Part shown: one piece after another, positions 30,582 to 38,997 of the stretch
Numbering within the stretch: position 1 is the stretch's first letter
Layout: each line of letters begins with the position of its first letter
The notes under the pieces: generated by a model
Seen by the model: the letters and a program-made list of their open reading frames with translations, nothing else
Database searches by the model: none
What the model was told of the DNA's origin: nothing
Assembly: GCA_036504335.1 (NCBI GenBank)
Contig: DASXVJ010000023.1
Coordinates: 144,389 to 208,388 of the forward strand
Direction of reading: 5' to 3'
DNA: 64,000 nucleotides
Source: Thermoanaerobaculia bacterium
GTDB taxonomy: Bacteria > Acidobacteriota > Thermoanaerobaculia > UBA5066
Position numbers and translations under genes: made by a program

Positions 30582-33227
30582 TTATGCGCCGAGGACGGTT
30601 TCGAGCCGCGTCACGCGCACGGCGTGCTGGCCCTCGGGCGGGACGCCGTATTCTTTCTCGAGGAATTTCTTCGGCGTCGTGGCGGTCGCTCCCATGAGCG
30701 AGAGGCGCTCTTCGCGCGTCTCGCCGTTCGGAAGCGTAAACGCGTAAACGGCCTCCGTCACGGCCCTTCCGAGCGACTTCGCGCCCTTCGGGAGCTCGAC
30801 AGAGGACGTGATCACGAGGCCCGGAGGGAGCCGGTCGTTCACGGCGGAGACGTGGGCGTCCGTCAGCGCGTCGAGGACGTCCACGTCGAAGAGCTCGTGT
30901 TTCGACTCGTGCCCGAGCGGAAGGGCCGGACCCATCGACAGGCGCAGGTGCGGGTTGTAGCCCTCCGTGTAACGCACGGGCGCGCCCGAGGCGCGCAACG
31001 CGCGCTCGAGGACGTCCATCGTGTTGCGGTGCGAGAGGTACCGCGCGTCGCCGAGCTTCTCGAACGAGAGGCGGTACGTCCGCGCGGACTCCGGCACGGG
31101 AGCCGCGACGCCGCTCGCGGGCGAGCGGCGCTCACGCAGCGGGAGAAGATCCGGCGTCGACTTCATGCGGTATGCCGCGCCCTTGGCTTTTTCGGTATAG
31201 GCGGAGGGGAGGGGAAAAGACTCTTCTGCTGAAGAAGAAGAGGGGAGAAGAGTTTCTTCGAGTGATTGTGAGGGCGATGCGCCCGCGCCCTGCGCAGGCG
31301 CGACGGGCAACGCCCCGCCGCCGAGGCTGCCTCTCTTACCTTCTAAGAAATCCGAATCCGAATCCGAAGCAAAATTGAATTCCTTCGGCAGCGGATTCGC
31401 GAGGACGATGTCCTCGCCGTTGCCCGGGACGCCGCAGGCGTAGCAGTGCCCCCACTTGCAGTCGTCCGTGTGCATCTCCTTGAGCGCCTTCTTCCACTCC
31501 ACGACGAGGAAGGGCTTGCGGATGGACGCGTCGACGACGTCCCAGGGGAGCGTCTCCTTGAGGTCCTTGTCGCGGAGGTGGCGGAACTTCGGGACGCCTG
31601 CGGCCTCGAGCGCCTCCGTCCAGCGCTCCCACGAGAAGTGCTCGCTCCACGCGTCGAAGCGTCCGCCCCTCTTCCACACGTCGAGGACGGCGCGGCCCAT
31701 CCGCCGGTCGCCGAGCGAGAGCATCGCCTCGATCTCGGCTTCCTTCGGCTCGTGCCACGTCATCTTCGCTCCCTTGACGGAGCGGAAACGGTCCTTCAGG
31801 TACGCGATCTTCCGCGAGAGGTTCTCGACGCCGTCGAACCCGAACCACTGGAAAGGCGTGAAGCTCTTCGGGATGAAGCAGCCGACCGAGACGTTCACCT
31901 GCGGTCTCACGCCGTGCCTGCGGCCCTGGGCGAGGATGTCCTTCACGAGCGTCACGAGCTCGTCGAGGTCCGGGTCGGTCTCCGTCGGGAGGCCGATCAT
32001 CGTGTAGACCTTGATCATGTCCCAGCCGCGCCCGAAGGCGACGTCGGCGGCCTGGACCATGTCGGCGTTCGTGAACGTCTTGTTGATGACGCGGCGGAGG
32101 CGGTCCGAGCCGGTTTCGGGCGCGAACGTGAAGCCGGACTTGCGCACCTCCGAGACGGCATCCGCGAGCGCGACGGAGAAGGCTTCGGCGCGGAGCGAGG
32201 GGAGGGAGATCGACACCTTCGTCTTCGCGAGCTCGGGCGCGAGGCACGCGACGAGCGGCTCGATCTGCGAGTAGTCCGCCGAGGAGAGCGAGAGGAGCCC
32301 GACCTCGCTCCAGCCCGCCTCGTCGATGAACGCCTTCGTCGCCTTCGCGACGTCGGCGGGGTCCAGCTCGCGCACGGGGCGGTACCAGTAGCCCGCCTGG
32401 CAGAACCGGCAACCCTGCGTGCAGCCGCGCATGATCTCGAGGCCGAGGCGGTCCTGGACGATGTCCACGGACGGGACCATGGGCTTTGCGGGATAGACGT
32501 CGGCCGAGAGCTTCTCCACCCAGACCCGCTTGACCTCTGCGGGAACTCCAGCCGTGTTCGGCGCGTACGCGGCGACACGATCCTCGTCATACGTCACGTC
32601 GTAGAGCGACGGGACGTAGATCCCCGGGCAGGCGGAGAACGCGAGGAGGCGCTCGCGGCGGGGGAGGCCCTTCGTCCGCGCGACGGCCCCGAGGAAAACG
32701 GGCAGCGCTTCCTCCGCGTCGCCGATCAAAAAGGCGTCGAAGAAATCGGCGAGGGGTTCGGGATTCGCGACGCAGGGGCCGCCGCCGATCACGACGGGGT
32801 GCGCGTCGCCGCGGTCCGCCGCGAGGACGGGGATCCCCGCGAGGTCGAGCATGTTCGGGACGTTCGTGTAGTTCATCTCGCTCTGGAGCGAGAGGCCGAA
32901 GACGTCGAAATCGCCCACGGGGGCGAAGGACTCGACGGAGAAGAGCGGGACCTTCTCCCGGCGCAGGACCGCCTCGAAGTCCGTCCACGGCGCGTACGTC
33001 CGCTCGCAGGCCCAGGCCGCGCGGCGGTTCACGATCTCATAGAGGATCTTCGTGCCCGTGTGGCTCATCCCGATCTCGTACGCGTCCGGGAAGCCGAGGC
33101 AGACCGTGACGTCCATCGCGCCGAGATCCTTGCGCACGACGTTCCGCTCCAGGCCGAGATAGCGCCCGGGGCGCTCGACGGCGAGGAGGAACGGCTCGAA
33201 GCGGGGGCGGACGGATGCGTAGCGCAA
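30582..33227 (-). CDS. Fused B12-binding radical SAM protein (TIGR03960-like) and DUF2344/TIGR03936-like C-terminal domain
   Basis: B12-binding N-terminus followed by a CxxxCxxC-type motif (CTQGCRFCQAGYWYRP). Ser/Asp/Glu-rich low-complexity linker. C-terminal DUF2344-like roughly 230 aa. TTG start at 33227 gives LRYASVRPRFEPFLLAVERPGRYLG, matching family N-termini; the upstream 290 aa of the track ORF are junk. Confidence 0.8.
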   Translation of the reverse strand: MRYASVRPRFEPFLLAVERPGRYLGLERNVVRKDLGAMDVTVCLGFPDAYEIGMSHTGTKILYEIVNRRAAWACERTYAPWTDFEAVLRREKVPLFSVESFAPVGDFDVFGLSLQSEMNYTNVPNMLDLAGIPVLAADRGDAHPVVIGGGPCVANPEPLADFFDAFLIGDAEEALPVFLGAVARTKGLPRRERLLAFSACPGIYVPSLYDVTYDEDRVAAYAPNTAGVPAEVKRVWVEKLSADVYPAKPMVPSVDIVQDRLGLEIMRGCTQGCRFCQAGYWYRPVRELDPADVAKATKAFIDEAGWSEVGLLSLSSADYSQIEPLVACLAPELAKTKVSISLPSLRAEAFSVALADAVSEVRKSGFTFAPETGSDRLRRVINKTFTNADMVQAADVAFGRGWDMIKVYTMIGLPTETDPDLDELVTLVKDILAQGRRHGVRPQVNVSVGCFIPKSFTPFQWFGFDGVENLSRKIAYLKDRFRSVKGAKMTWHEPKEAEIEAMLSLGDRRMGRAVLDVWKRGGRFDAWSEHFSWERWTEALEAAGVPKFRHLRDKDLKETLPWDVVDASIRKPFLVVEWKKALKEMHTDDCKWGHCYACGVPGNGEDIVLANPLPKEFNFASDSDSDFLEGKRGSLGGGALPVAPAQGAGASPSQSLEETLLPSSSSAEESFPLPSAYTEKAKGAAYRMKSTPDLLPLRERRSPASGVAAPVPESARTYRLSFEKLGDARYLSHRNTMDVLERALRASGAPVRYTEGYNPHLRLSMGPALPLGHESKHELFDVDVLDALTDAHVSAVNDRLPPGLVITSSVELPKGAKSLGRAVTEAVYAFTLPNGETREERLSLMGATATTPKKFLEKEYGVPPEGQHAVRVTRLETVLGA
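31333..31350. repeat. Copy (18/19) of the low-GC CTCTT(C)ACCTTCTAAGAAA motif
   Basis: ctcttaccttctaagaaa; encodes DFLEGKRG on the minus strand. Confidence 0.5.
31351..31368. repeat. Tandem hexamer (TCCGAA)x3 in the inter-domain linker, encoding SDSDSD
   Basis: Direct reading tccgaatccgaatccgaa. Confidence 0.6.
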
Positions 33228-33286
33228 GCGGGCTCTCCGAACGGGGCAGTCTAGCGGATCACCTGAGACGCTGTCGCGTGGCCGCG

Positions 33287-33919
33287 TCAGGCCGTCTTCA
33301 GGCCGACCGGGCAGGACACGCCCGTGCCGCCGATCCCGCAGTAGCCGTCGGGGTTCTTCGCGAGGTACTGCTGGTGATACTCCTCGGCGTAGTAGAAGGG
33401 CGGAGCGTCGAGGATTTCGGTCGTGATCGCGCCGTAGCCGGCCTCGGCGAGCTTCGCCGCGTACGCGGCCTTCGACGCCTCGGCGGCGGCCTTCTGCTGC
33501 GCGTCGAACGTGTAGATCCCGGAGCGGTACTGCGTGCCGGCGTCGTTGCCCTGGCGCATGCCCTGCGTCGGGTCGTGGCTCTCCCAGAAGATCCTCAGAA
33601 GACTCTCGTACGAGACCTGCGCCGGGTCGAAGGCGACGAGGACGACTTCGTTGTGACCCGTGCGTCCCGTGCACACCTCGCGATACGTCGGGTTCGGCGT
33701 GAGGCCCGCCGCGTACCCCGCCGCCGTCGTGAAGACGCCGGGCGTCTGCCAGAACTTTCTCTCCGCGCCCCAGAAGCAGCCGAGGCCGAAGAGCGCGATC
33801 TTCGTCCCGGCGGGGAACGGCGGCTCGAGCGGGTGCCCGTTGACGAAGTGCTTCGCCGGGACGGCCATCTTCTCCGCGCGTCCGGGGAGCGCATCTTCGG
33901 GGGTCGGCATGCGGAGCAT
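33287..33919 (-). CDS. msrA: Peptide-methionine (S)-S-oxide reductase
   Basis: GLGCFWGAE active site. Start trimmed to [14 protein letters not shown] to align with MsrA N-termini. Confidence 0.9.
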   Translation of the reverse strand: MLRMPTPEDALPGRAEKMAVPAKHFVNGHPLEPPFPAGTKIALFGLGCFWGAERKFWQTPGVFTTAAGYAAGLTPNPTYREVCTGRTGHNEVVLVAFDPAQVSYESLLRIFWESHDPTQGMRQGNDAGTQYRSGIYTFDAQQKAAAEASKAAYAAKLAEAGYGAITTEILDAPPFYYAEEYHQQYLAKNPDGYCGIGGTGVSCPVGLKTA

Positions 33920-34014
33920 CTTTCCGGCGTAGAGCAAGGCCGTCGATTCTGCTCCTCGCGCGCGCGAAGGGGAAGATCCCCCCTCCGGCAAAACCGAACG
34001 TCCCGTTTCCCGCA

Positions 34015-34043
34015 TTGACTCGCCCCGGTGCTCGGCCTAGATT
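34015..34043 (+). promoter_or_regulatory. Sigma-70-type promoter, leaderless arrangement
   Basis: TTGACT (34015-20), 17-nt spacer, TAGATT (34038-43), then 8 nt to ATG 34052. Same geometry and the same -10 hexamer as the clpB promoter. Confidence 0.45.
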
Positions 34044-34051
34044 GCCGACCG

Positions 34052-34441
34052 ATGGCGCTCGACGAGAAACTCCGCGCGTATCTCCGCGAGCTCGGAGCCG
34101 CACTGAACGAGGCCGTGTCCTCGTCCGACAAGGTGCACGAGATTCTCGCGAAGGTGAAGAGCGAGGGCTACGGCGCGTATCTCTGTCTCGACGCGACCGT
34201 CGCGCTCGACAAGCGCGGGCGCCGCTCGTCGGCCGCGCTCCCGTCGATCCGCCGCGGCGGCCTCAACGCGTCGAAGGAAGAGCGGGAAGCGGGCGGCATG
34301 GATACGGCCGTCTTCCAGATCAACGTGAAGGACCTCGGCTTCCTGCGCTCCGTCGGAATCGACCCGACGCGCCCGGTCCGCGCGCGCCGGAATCCGCAGG
34401 CGGCCGTCACGATCCGGTCGACGGTCGCGAAACGCGGCTGA
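34052..34441 (+). CDS. Hypothetical protein (129 aa)
   Basis: High GC3 coding signature. Stop abuts the rlmN start. Confidence 0.45.
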   Translation: MALDEKLRAYLRELGAALNEAVSSSDKVHEILAKVKSEGYGAYLCLDATVALDKRGRRSSAALPSIRRGGLNASKEEREAGGMDTAVFQINVKDLGFLRSVGIDPTRPVRARRNPQAAVTIRSTVAKRG

Positions 34442-34443
34442 CG

Positions 34444-35538
34444 TTGCCCCCGCAGGATCTCCTCGGTCTCACCGCGCTCGACCTCGCGCGCGCCGTGCGC
34501 GACGTGGCGCCGGAGCCGTACCGCGCGGCCCAGATCGCGAAGTGGATCTACGAGCGCCGCGTGGCGAGCTTCGCCGAGATGTCCAACCTGCCGAAGTCGA
34601 TGCGCGAAGCCCTTGCGAAGGATTTCACGATCGGGCTCCCGAAGGTCGTCGCGCGGACCCCGGCGCCGGACGGCACCGAGAAGTTCCTGTTCGAGCTCGC
34701 GGACGGCGCGCGGGTGGAGGCCGTCTACATCGTCGAATCGAAGAAGAAGCCCTCCTGGACGGACCCCGACACGCCGGAAGCAGCGCGCGTCACGATCTGT
34801 CTCTCGTCCCAGGCCGGCTGCGCCGTGGACTGCGCGTTCTGCGTCACGGGCCGCATGGGCGCCGGCCGGAACCTCACGGCCGGGGAGATCGTCGGGCAGT
34901 ACCTCGTGATCGCGCGGGAGAAGGGCTTCGGGCCGCACGAGGCGAACGTGGTCTTCATGGGGATGGGAGAGCCGCTCCTGAACGTCGGAAACGTCAGGCG
35001 CACGCTCGACCTGCTCGAGGAGGAAGTCTCGCCGCGGCGGACGACCGTCTCGACCGCGGGCGTCGTCCCGGGCATCGAGGCGCTTGCCGCGCGCGCGCGC
35101 CGGCCGAACCTCGCGGTCTCCCTCTCGGGCGCGGACGACGAGACACGTTCGAAGCTCATGCCGATCAACCGGACGTACCCGATCGCGGAGCTCTTCGCCG
35201 CCCTCAAGCGCTGGCCGCTCGAGCGCGGGCGGAAGATCACGTTCGAGTGGGTCCTCATCGCGGGTGTGAACGACCGTCCCGAGGACGCCTCGAAGCTCGC
35301 CGCGCTCGTGAGACCTCTCCCGTCGAAGGTGAACCTCATCCCTCTCAACGAGTCGGAGGAGTGGCTGCCGGGGCTCAAGCGCCCGTCCGACGCGACCGTG
35401 GACGCGTTTGCGCGGGCCGTCGCGGCGGGCGGCGTGCCCGTGACGGTGCGCTGGTCGAAGGGCCTGCAGGCGGACGCGGCCTGCGGTCAGCTCAAGGGGC
35501 GTGAGACGCCCCGCCGCCCGGCGCCGCCGGCGCCTTGA
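34444..35538 (+). CDS. rlmN: 23S rRNA (adenine2503-C2)-methyltransferase, radical SAM
   Basis: CLSSQAGCAVDCAFC radical-SAM motif, GMGEPLLN, and the C-terminal Cys in WSKGLQADAACGQL. TTG start; N-terminus aligns with RlmN. Confidence 0.9.
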   Translation: MPPQDLLGLTALDLARAVRDVAPEPYRAAQIAKWIYERRVASFAEMSNLPKSMREALAKDFTIGLPKVVARTPAPDGTEKFLFELADGARVEAVYIVESKKKPSWTDPDTPEAARVTICLSSQAGCAVDCAFCVTGRMGAGRNLTAGEIVGQYLVIAREKGFGPHEANVVFMGMGEPLLNVGNVRRTLDLLEEEVSPRRTTVSTAGVVPGIEALAARARRPNLAVSLSGADDETRSKLMPINRTYPIAELFAALKRWPLERGRKITFEWVLIAGVNDRPEDASKLAALVRPLPSKVNLIPLNESEEWLPGLKRPSDATVDAFARAVAAGGVPVTVRWSKGLQADAACGQLKGRETPRRPAPPAP

Positions 35539-37534
35539 CCGGCGGCGCGGGTGCCGTCCCGAGGTAACGGTCCGTCCACTCGAGCAGCCGCGCGCGGATG
35601 TCCCTCACGTGCCTGGGCTCGGCCGGGCCGTGCGGCTCGCGCGCGTACGTCACCATCTCCACGGGCACGCCGCGCTTTTTCAGCGCGAGGTAAAGCTCGC
35701 GCCCCTGGGCGGGCGGCACGCGCGCGTCCGCCTCGCCGTGGAGGATGAGAGTCGGCGTCTTCGCGTTCTTCACGAACCACATCGGGCTGTGCGCCCTGAG
35801 GACGTCGAAGTCGTCCCACGGCATCGCGGCGAAGTAGCTCTCGATGAACTCGGGGATGTCCGCCGTGTAGTAGAAGCTCCAGAGGTCCGTGACGGGCGCG
35901 CCGGGCGAGACGAACCTGAAGCGGTCCGTGTGCGTGAGGATCCACGACGTCATGAAGCCGCCGTAGCTCCAGCCCATGACGCCCATGCGCGCGGGGTCGA
36001 CGGTTCCCTTCGCCACGAGCATGTCGACGCCCGCCATGAGGTCGAGATAGTCCTTGCCGCCCCAGTCGCGGGCGTTCGCCTTCTTGAACTTCTCGCCGTA
36101 GCCGCTGCTGCCGCGCGGGTTGACCTGGAGGACCGCGATGCCGCGCGCGACGAACGCGTCGATCGGGTAGATCCGCGAGAACGCCGAGTGGCTGAATGCG
36201 AAGCGGCCCGCGGGGCCTCCGTGGATGTTGAGCACGAACGGCAGCTTCACGGCCGGACGGTCGGGCGGCAGGTGGAGGAGGCCCTCGATCGGGAGGCCGT
36301 CGGGTCCCTTCCACGACACGACCTCGACCTTCGGCCGGAGCGCGCCCGCGACGGACGGGTTCGTCGCCGTGAGGCGCCGCGGCGCCGGCTTCGCGTCCGA
36401 CGGCGTGAGGACGTTCACGTCGGGCGGCTCCGCCGCGCTCTGGAGGACGAACGCGAGCGTCTTTCCGTCGCCGGCCGCCGTGAACGAGCCGAGGACGTGC
36501 GGGCCGGAGGTCAACGCCTTCGGAGCGCCGCCCGCGGCGGGCACGGAGAAGAGCTGCGTCGACATCCTCTGTTGCGCCGCGAAGAGAATCGACGCGGAAT
36601 CCGGCGTCCACGCGAAGTCGTCGGCCTCGAGGTCGGCGGCGCGCGTGAGGTTGCGCACGGGCCCGCCCGCCGCGGGAACGACGCAGATCTCGGTGCGGTG
36701 GCCGGGCCAGTCGTTCACGCGCCCGTCGCCGCTGAAGAACGCGACCCACTTCCCGTCGGGCGAGAACGCGGGGCTCGAGTCGGGCCCGGGCCGCTTCACG
36801 AGGTCCGAGGCCTTGCCGTTCTCCTTCGCCTCCCAGACGACGAGATCCGTGTTGAACCCGTCCGGCACCTTCGGCGTCGGCGCCACGGCGCCCACGAGGC
36901 GCGTGCCGTCGGGCGACCAATCGGCGGAGACCACGTGGCCGGAGCCGGAGGAGACGCGGACGACCGTCTTCGCCGCGACGTCCGCGATCCAGAGCGCCGC
37001 CGGTTTGACGTCGTCCCGATCGACGACGTTCGCGTCGTCCTTCTCCTCGCGCTTCTTCTTTTCGTCCGCTGCGGGCGGCACGGCGGCCGTGAAGGCGATC
37101 CGCCTCCCGTCGGGGCTCCACGTGAACGAGGCGACGGGGGAGCCGTGGCTCGTCAGGCGCGAGGCCTCGCCGCCGTTCGGGGCGATGAGCCAGACCTGGC
37201 GCGTCTCCTTTGCGTCCTTTTCGTCGCCGGCACGCCGTTCCGAGAGAAACGCGATCGTCTTCCCGTCCGGGGAGAAGCGCGGCCGCTCGTCGCGCTTCGG
37301 CGAGGCCGTCAGCTTGCGCGAGGCGCTCGTCGCGACGTCCACGAGCCACACGTCCGTGTCGAGGAGGTTCTCCTTGAAGTCCCAGGCGCCGACGACGTAC
37401 GCGACCGACTTCCCGTCGGGCGCGATCTGCGCGTCCGAGACCGTCTTCAACGCGAACAGGTCCGCGGCGGGTGGAGTCTGGGCGAGCGCGAATCCGGAGC
37501 ACGCGAGGACGAAAACGGCGGCGGCACGGCGCAT
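35492..37534 (-). CDS. S9-family serine peptidase (prolyl oligopeptidase/acylaminoacyl-peptidase type) with N-terminal beta-propeller
   Basis: Signal peptide, TolB-like propeller repeats (SPDGK), catalytic GWSYGG. 3' end overlaps rlmN by 47 bp (convergent). Confidence 0.85.
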   Translation of the reverse strand: MRRAAAVFVLACSGFALAQTPPAADLFALKTVSDAQIAPDGKSVAYVVGAWDFKENLLDTDVWLVDVATSASRKLTASPKRDERPRFSPDGKTIAFLSERRAGDEKDAKETRQVWLIAPNGGEASRLTSHGSPVASFTWSPDGRRIAFTAAVPPAADEKKKREEKDDANVVDRDDVKPAALWIADVAAKTVVRVSSGSGHVVSADWSPDGTRLVGAVAPTPKVPDGFNTDLVVWEAKENGKASDLVKRPGPDSSPAFSPDGKWVAFFSGDGRVNDWPGHRTEICVVPAAGGPVRNLTRAADLEADDFAWTPDSASILFAAQQRMSTQLFSVPAAGGAPKALTSGPHVLGSFTAAGDGKTLAFVLQSAAEPPDVNVLTPSDAKPAPRRLTATNPSVAGALRPKVEVVSWKGPDGLPIEGLLHLPPDRPAVKLPFVLNIHGGPAGRFAFSHSAFSRIYPIDAFVARGIAVLQVNPRGSSGYGEKFKKANARDWGGKDYLDLMAGVDMLVAKGTVDPARMGVMGWSYGGFMTSWILTHTDRFRFVSPGAPVTDLWSFYYTADIPEFIESYFAAMPWDDFDVLRAHSPMWFVKNAKTPTLILHGEADARVPPAQGRELYLALKKRGVPVEMVTYAREPHGPAEPRHVRDIRARLLEWTDRYLGTAPAPPVKAPAAPGGGASHAP

Positions 37535-37568
37535 GGAGCCTCCTGCGGACGAAGTGCGACGAAGGGTA

Positions 37569-38330
37569 TCAGGTGGGAAGGCGCACGACGCCGGTGAGAA
37601 TGCGCCCCGCCCCCGGCCCGTCCCGCCGCCACGACGGCAGATCGTGCGCTACGGCGTTGCAGAGGCCGGGCCGGCGGATCCGCGCGGGGTCGAGGCCGCG
37701 GGCGAGCAGCGCCGCCTCGTTGAACGCCGCGACGTCCACGAAGGCCTTGCCGCCCGCGCCGGCCGCGACTGCGCCCTCCGGCGCGGCGCCGTAGGCGTCG
37801 AGGAGCGCCGCGACGACCTCGGGGCCGACCTCGTACCGGTCGCGCGCGATCGAGGGGCCGAAGGCGGCGGAGAGGCCCCGCAGGGCGACGCCGCGGGCCT
37901 CGAGCGCGTCGAGGGCCGCGTCGAGGACGCGGAGCGCCGTGCCCCGCCACCCGGCGTGGATCGCGGCCATCCAGCCCGTCGCGGGATCGGCGAGGACGAT
38001 CGGGACGCAGTCGGCGGAGGCGACGGCGAGGAGGACGTTTGGCTGGCTGGCCGTGAGCACGTCTCCATCTTCGAGGAGGGTGTGCCCGCGCTTGCGCGCG
38101 GGTGCTTCGAAGGTAAGAACACGCGAGCCGTGCACCTGCACGAGCCTCACGACTTCCGCCCCCGGCGCGCCGAGCGCTTCGGCGAGGGCGCGGCCGGCGA
38201 GATCGGGCGAAAGCGATCGGGCTGTCAACGCGCCGCGCGTGAAACCCGCAACGAACCCTGGTGCGCCGGGCAAGGACAGCCGCGAAACCGCGCCGGCCAG
38301 GGTCGTGTGCGCGGCCGGATGCCCATCCAC
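37569..38330 (-). CDS. pgeF: Peptidoglycan editing factor PgeF (YfiH/laccase-domain protein)
   Basis: SADCVPIVL and HAGWRGT motifs of the Cu-oxidase_4/YfiH family. Confidence 0.85.
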   Translation of the reverse strand: MDGHPAAHTTLAGAVSRLSLPGAPGFVAGFTRGALTARSLSPDLAGRALAEALGAPGAEVVRLVQVHGSRVLTFEAPARKRGHTLLEDGDVLTASQPNVLLAVASADCVPIVLADPATGWMAAIHAGWRGTALRVLDAALDALEARGVALRGLSAAFGPSIARDRYEVGPEVVAALLDAYGAAPEGAVAAGAGGKAFVDVAAFNEAALLARGLDPARIRRPGLCNAVAHDLPSWRRDGPGAGRILTGVVRLPT

Positions 38331-38391
38331 GTGTCCATTCTAGGAAATCTTCTTCTTTCTCTTTTCTTTCCCCCTCTAGAATCCCCGCGTC

Positions 38392-38997
38392 TTGAAGAAC
38401 GCGACGCTTCGCCTCCCACGCTCTCTGCGGTCGCCCGCCGCGATCCAGCGCTTCCTCGACGGCCTCCGCTACAACAAGGAGAAGGACGGCGAGACGGCGC
38501 GTTCCCCACGCCGCGTTCTCGAGACGAAAGAGGCGCACTGCTTCGAGGGCGCGCTCTTCGCGGCGGCGGCGCTTCGCCGGCTCGGGCACCCGCCGCTCGT
38601 CGCCCAGCTCCACGCCGTGCGCGACGACGACCACGTCCTCGCGCTCTTCCGGGAGCGGCCCGGCGCGGGGTGCTGGGGCGCGGTCGCGAAGTCGAACTAC
38701 TCGGGCCTGCGCTTCCGCTCGCCGGTCTACCGCTCGCTGCGCGAGCTCGCCATGAGCTACTTCGACAGCTACTACAACCTCGAGGGCGAAAAGAGCCTCC
38801 GGTGCTTCGGGCGGCCCGTCGACCTCGCGCGCTTCGACGCCCGCGGCTGGGAGACGGCGAGAGAAGACCTCTGGGACGTCTCGACGCACGTCGCGACGCG
38901 CCGTTTCACTCCCCTCGTGAGCGCCGCGCAGGCGCGGCGCCTGCCGCCGATGGACCGGCGCCTCTTCGACGCCGGTCTCGTCGGGCGGCGCGTCTAG
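38392..38997 (+). CDS. Hypothetical protein with putative Cys-His-Asp hydrolase triad (transglutaminase/papain-like fold?)
   Basis: 201 aa; EAHCFEGAL...DDHVLALF. TTG start. Overlaps the TBDR 3' end by 4 bp. Confidence 0.5.
   Translation: MKNATLRLPRSLRSPAAIQRFLDGLRYNKEKDGETARSPRRVLETKEAHCFEGALFAAAALRRLGHPPLVAQLHAVRDDDHVLALFRERPGAGCWGAVAKSNYSGLRFRSPVYRSLRELAMSYFDSYYNLEGEKSLRCFGRPVDLARFDARGWETAREDLWDVSTHVATRRFTPLVSAAQARRLPPMDRRLFDAGLVGRRV

Noticed and set aside
30582-34103. Track ORF of 1173 aa, and the 52074..54209 and 52547..55951 ORFs
   Set aside because: The true proteins start internally (33227, 52550 and 54805 respectively). The N-terminal extensions are junk and overlap neighbouring genes.
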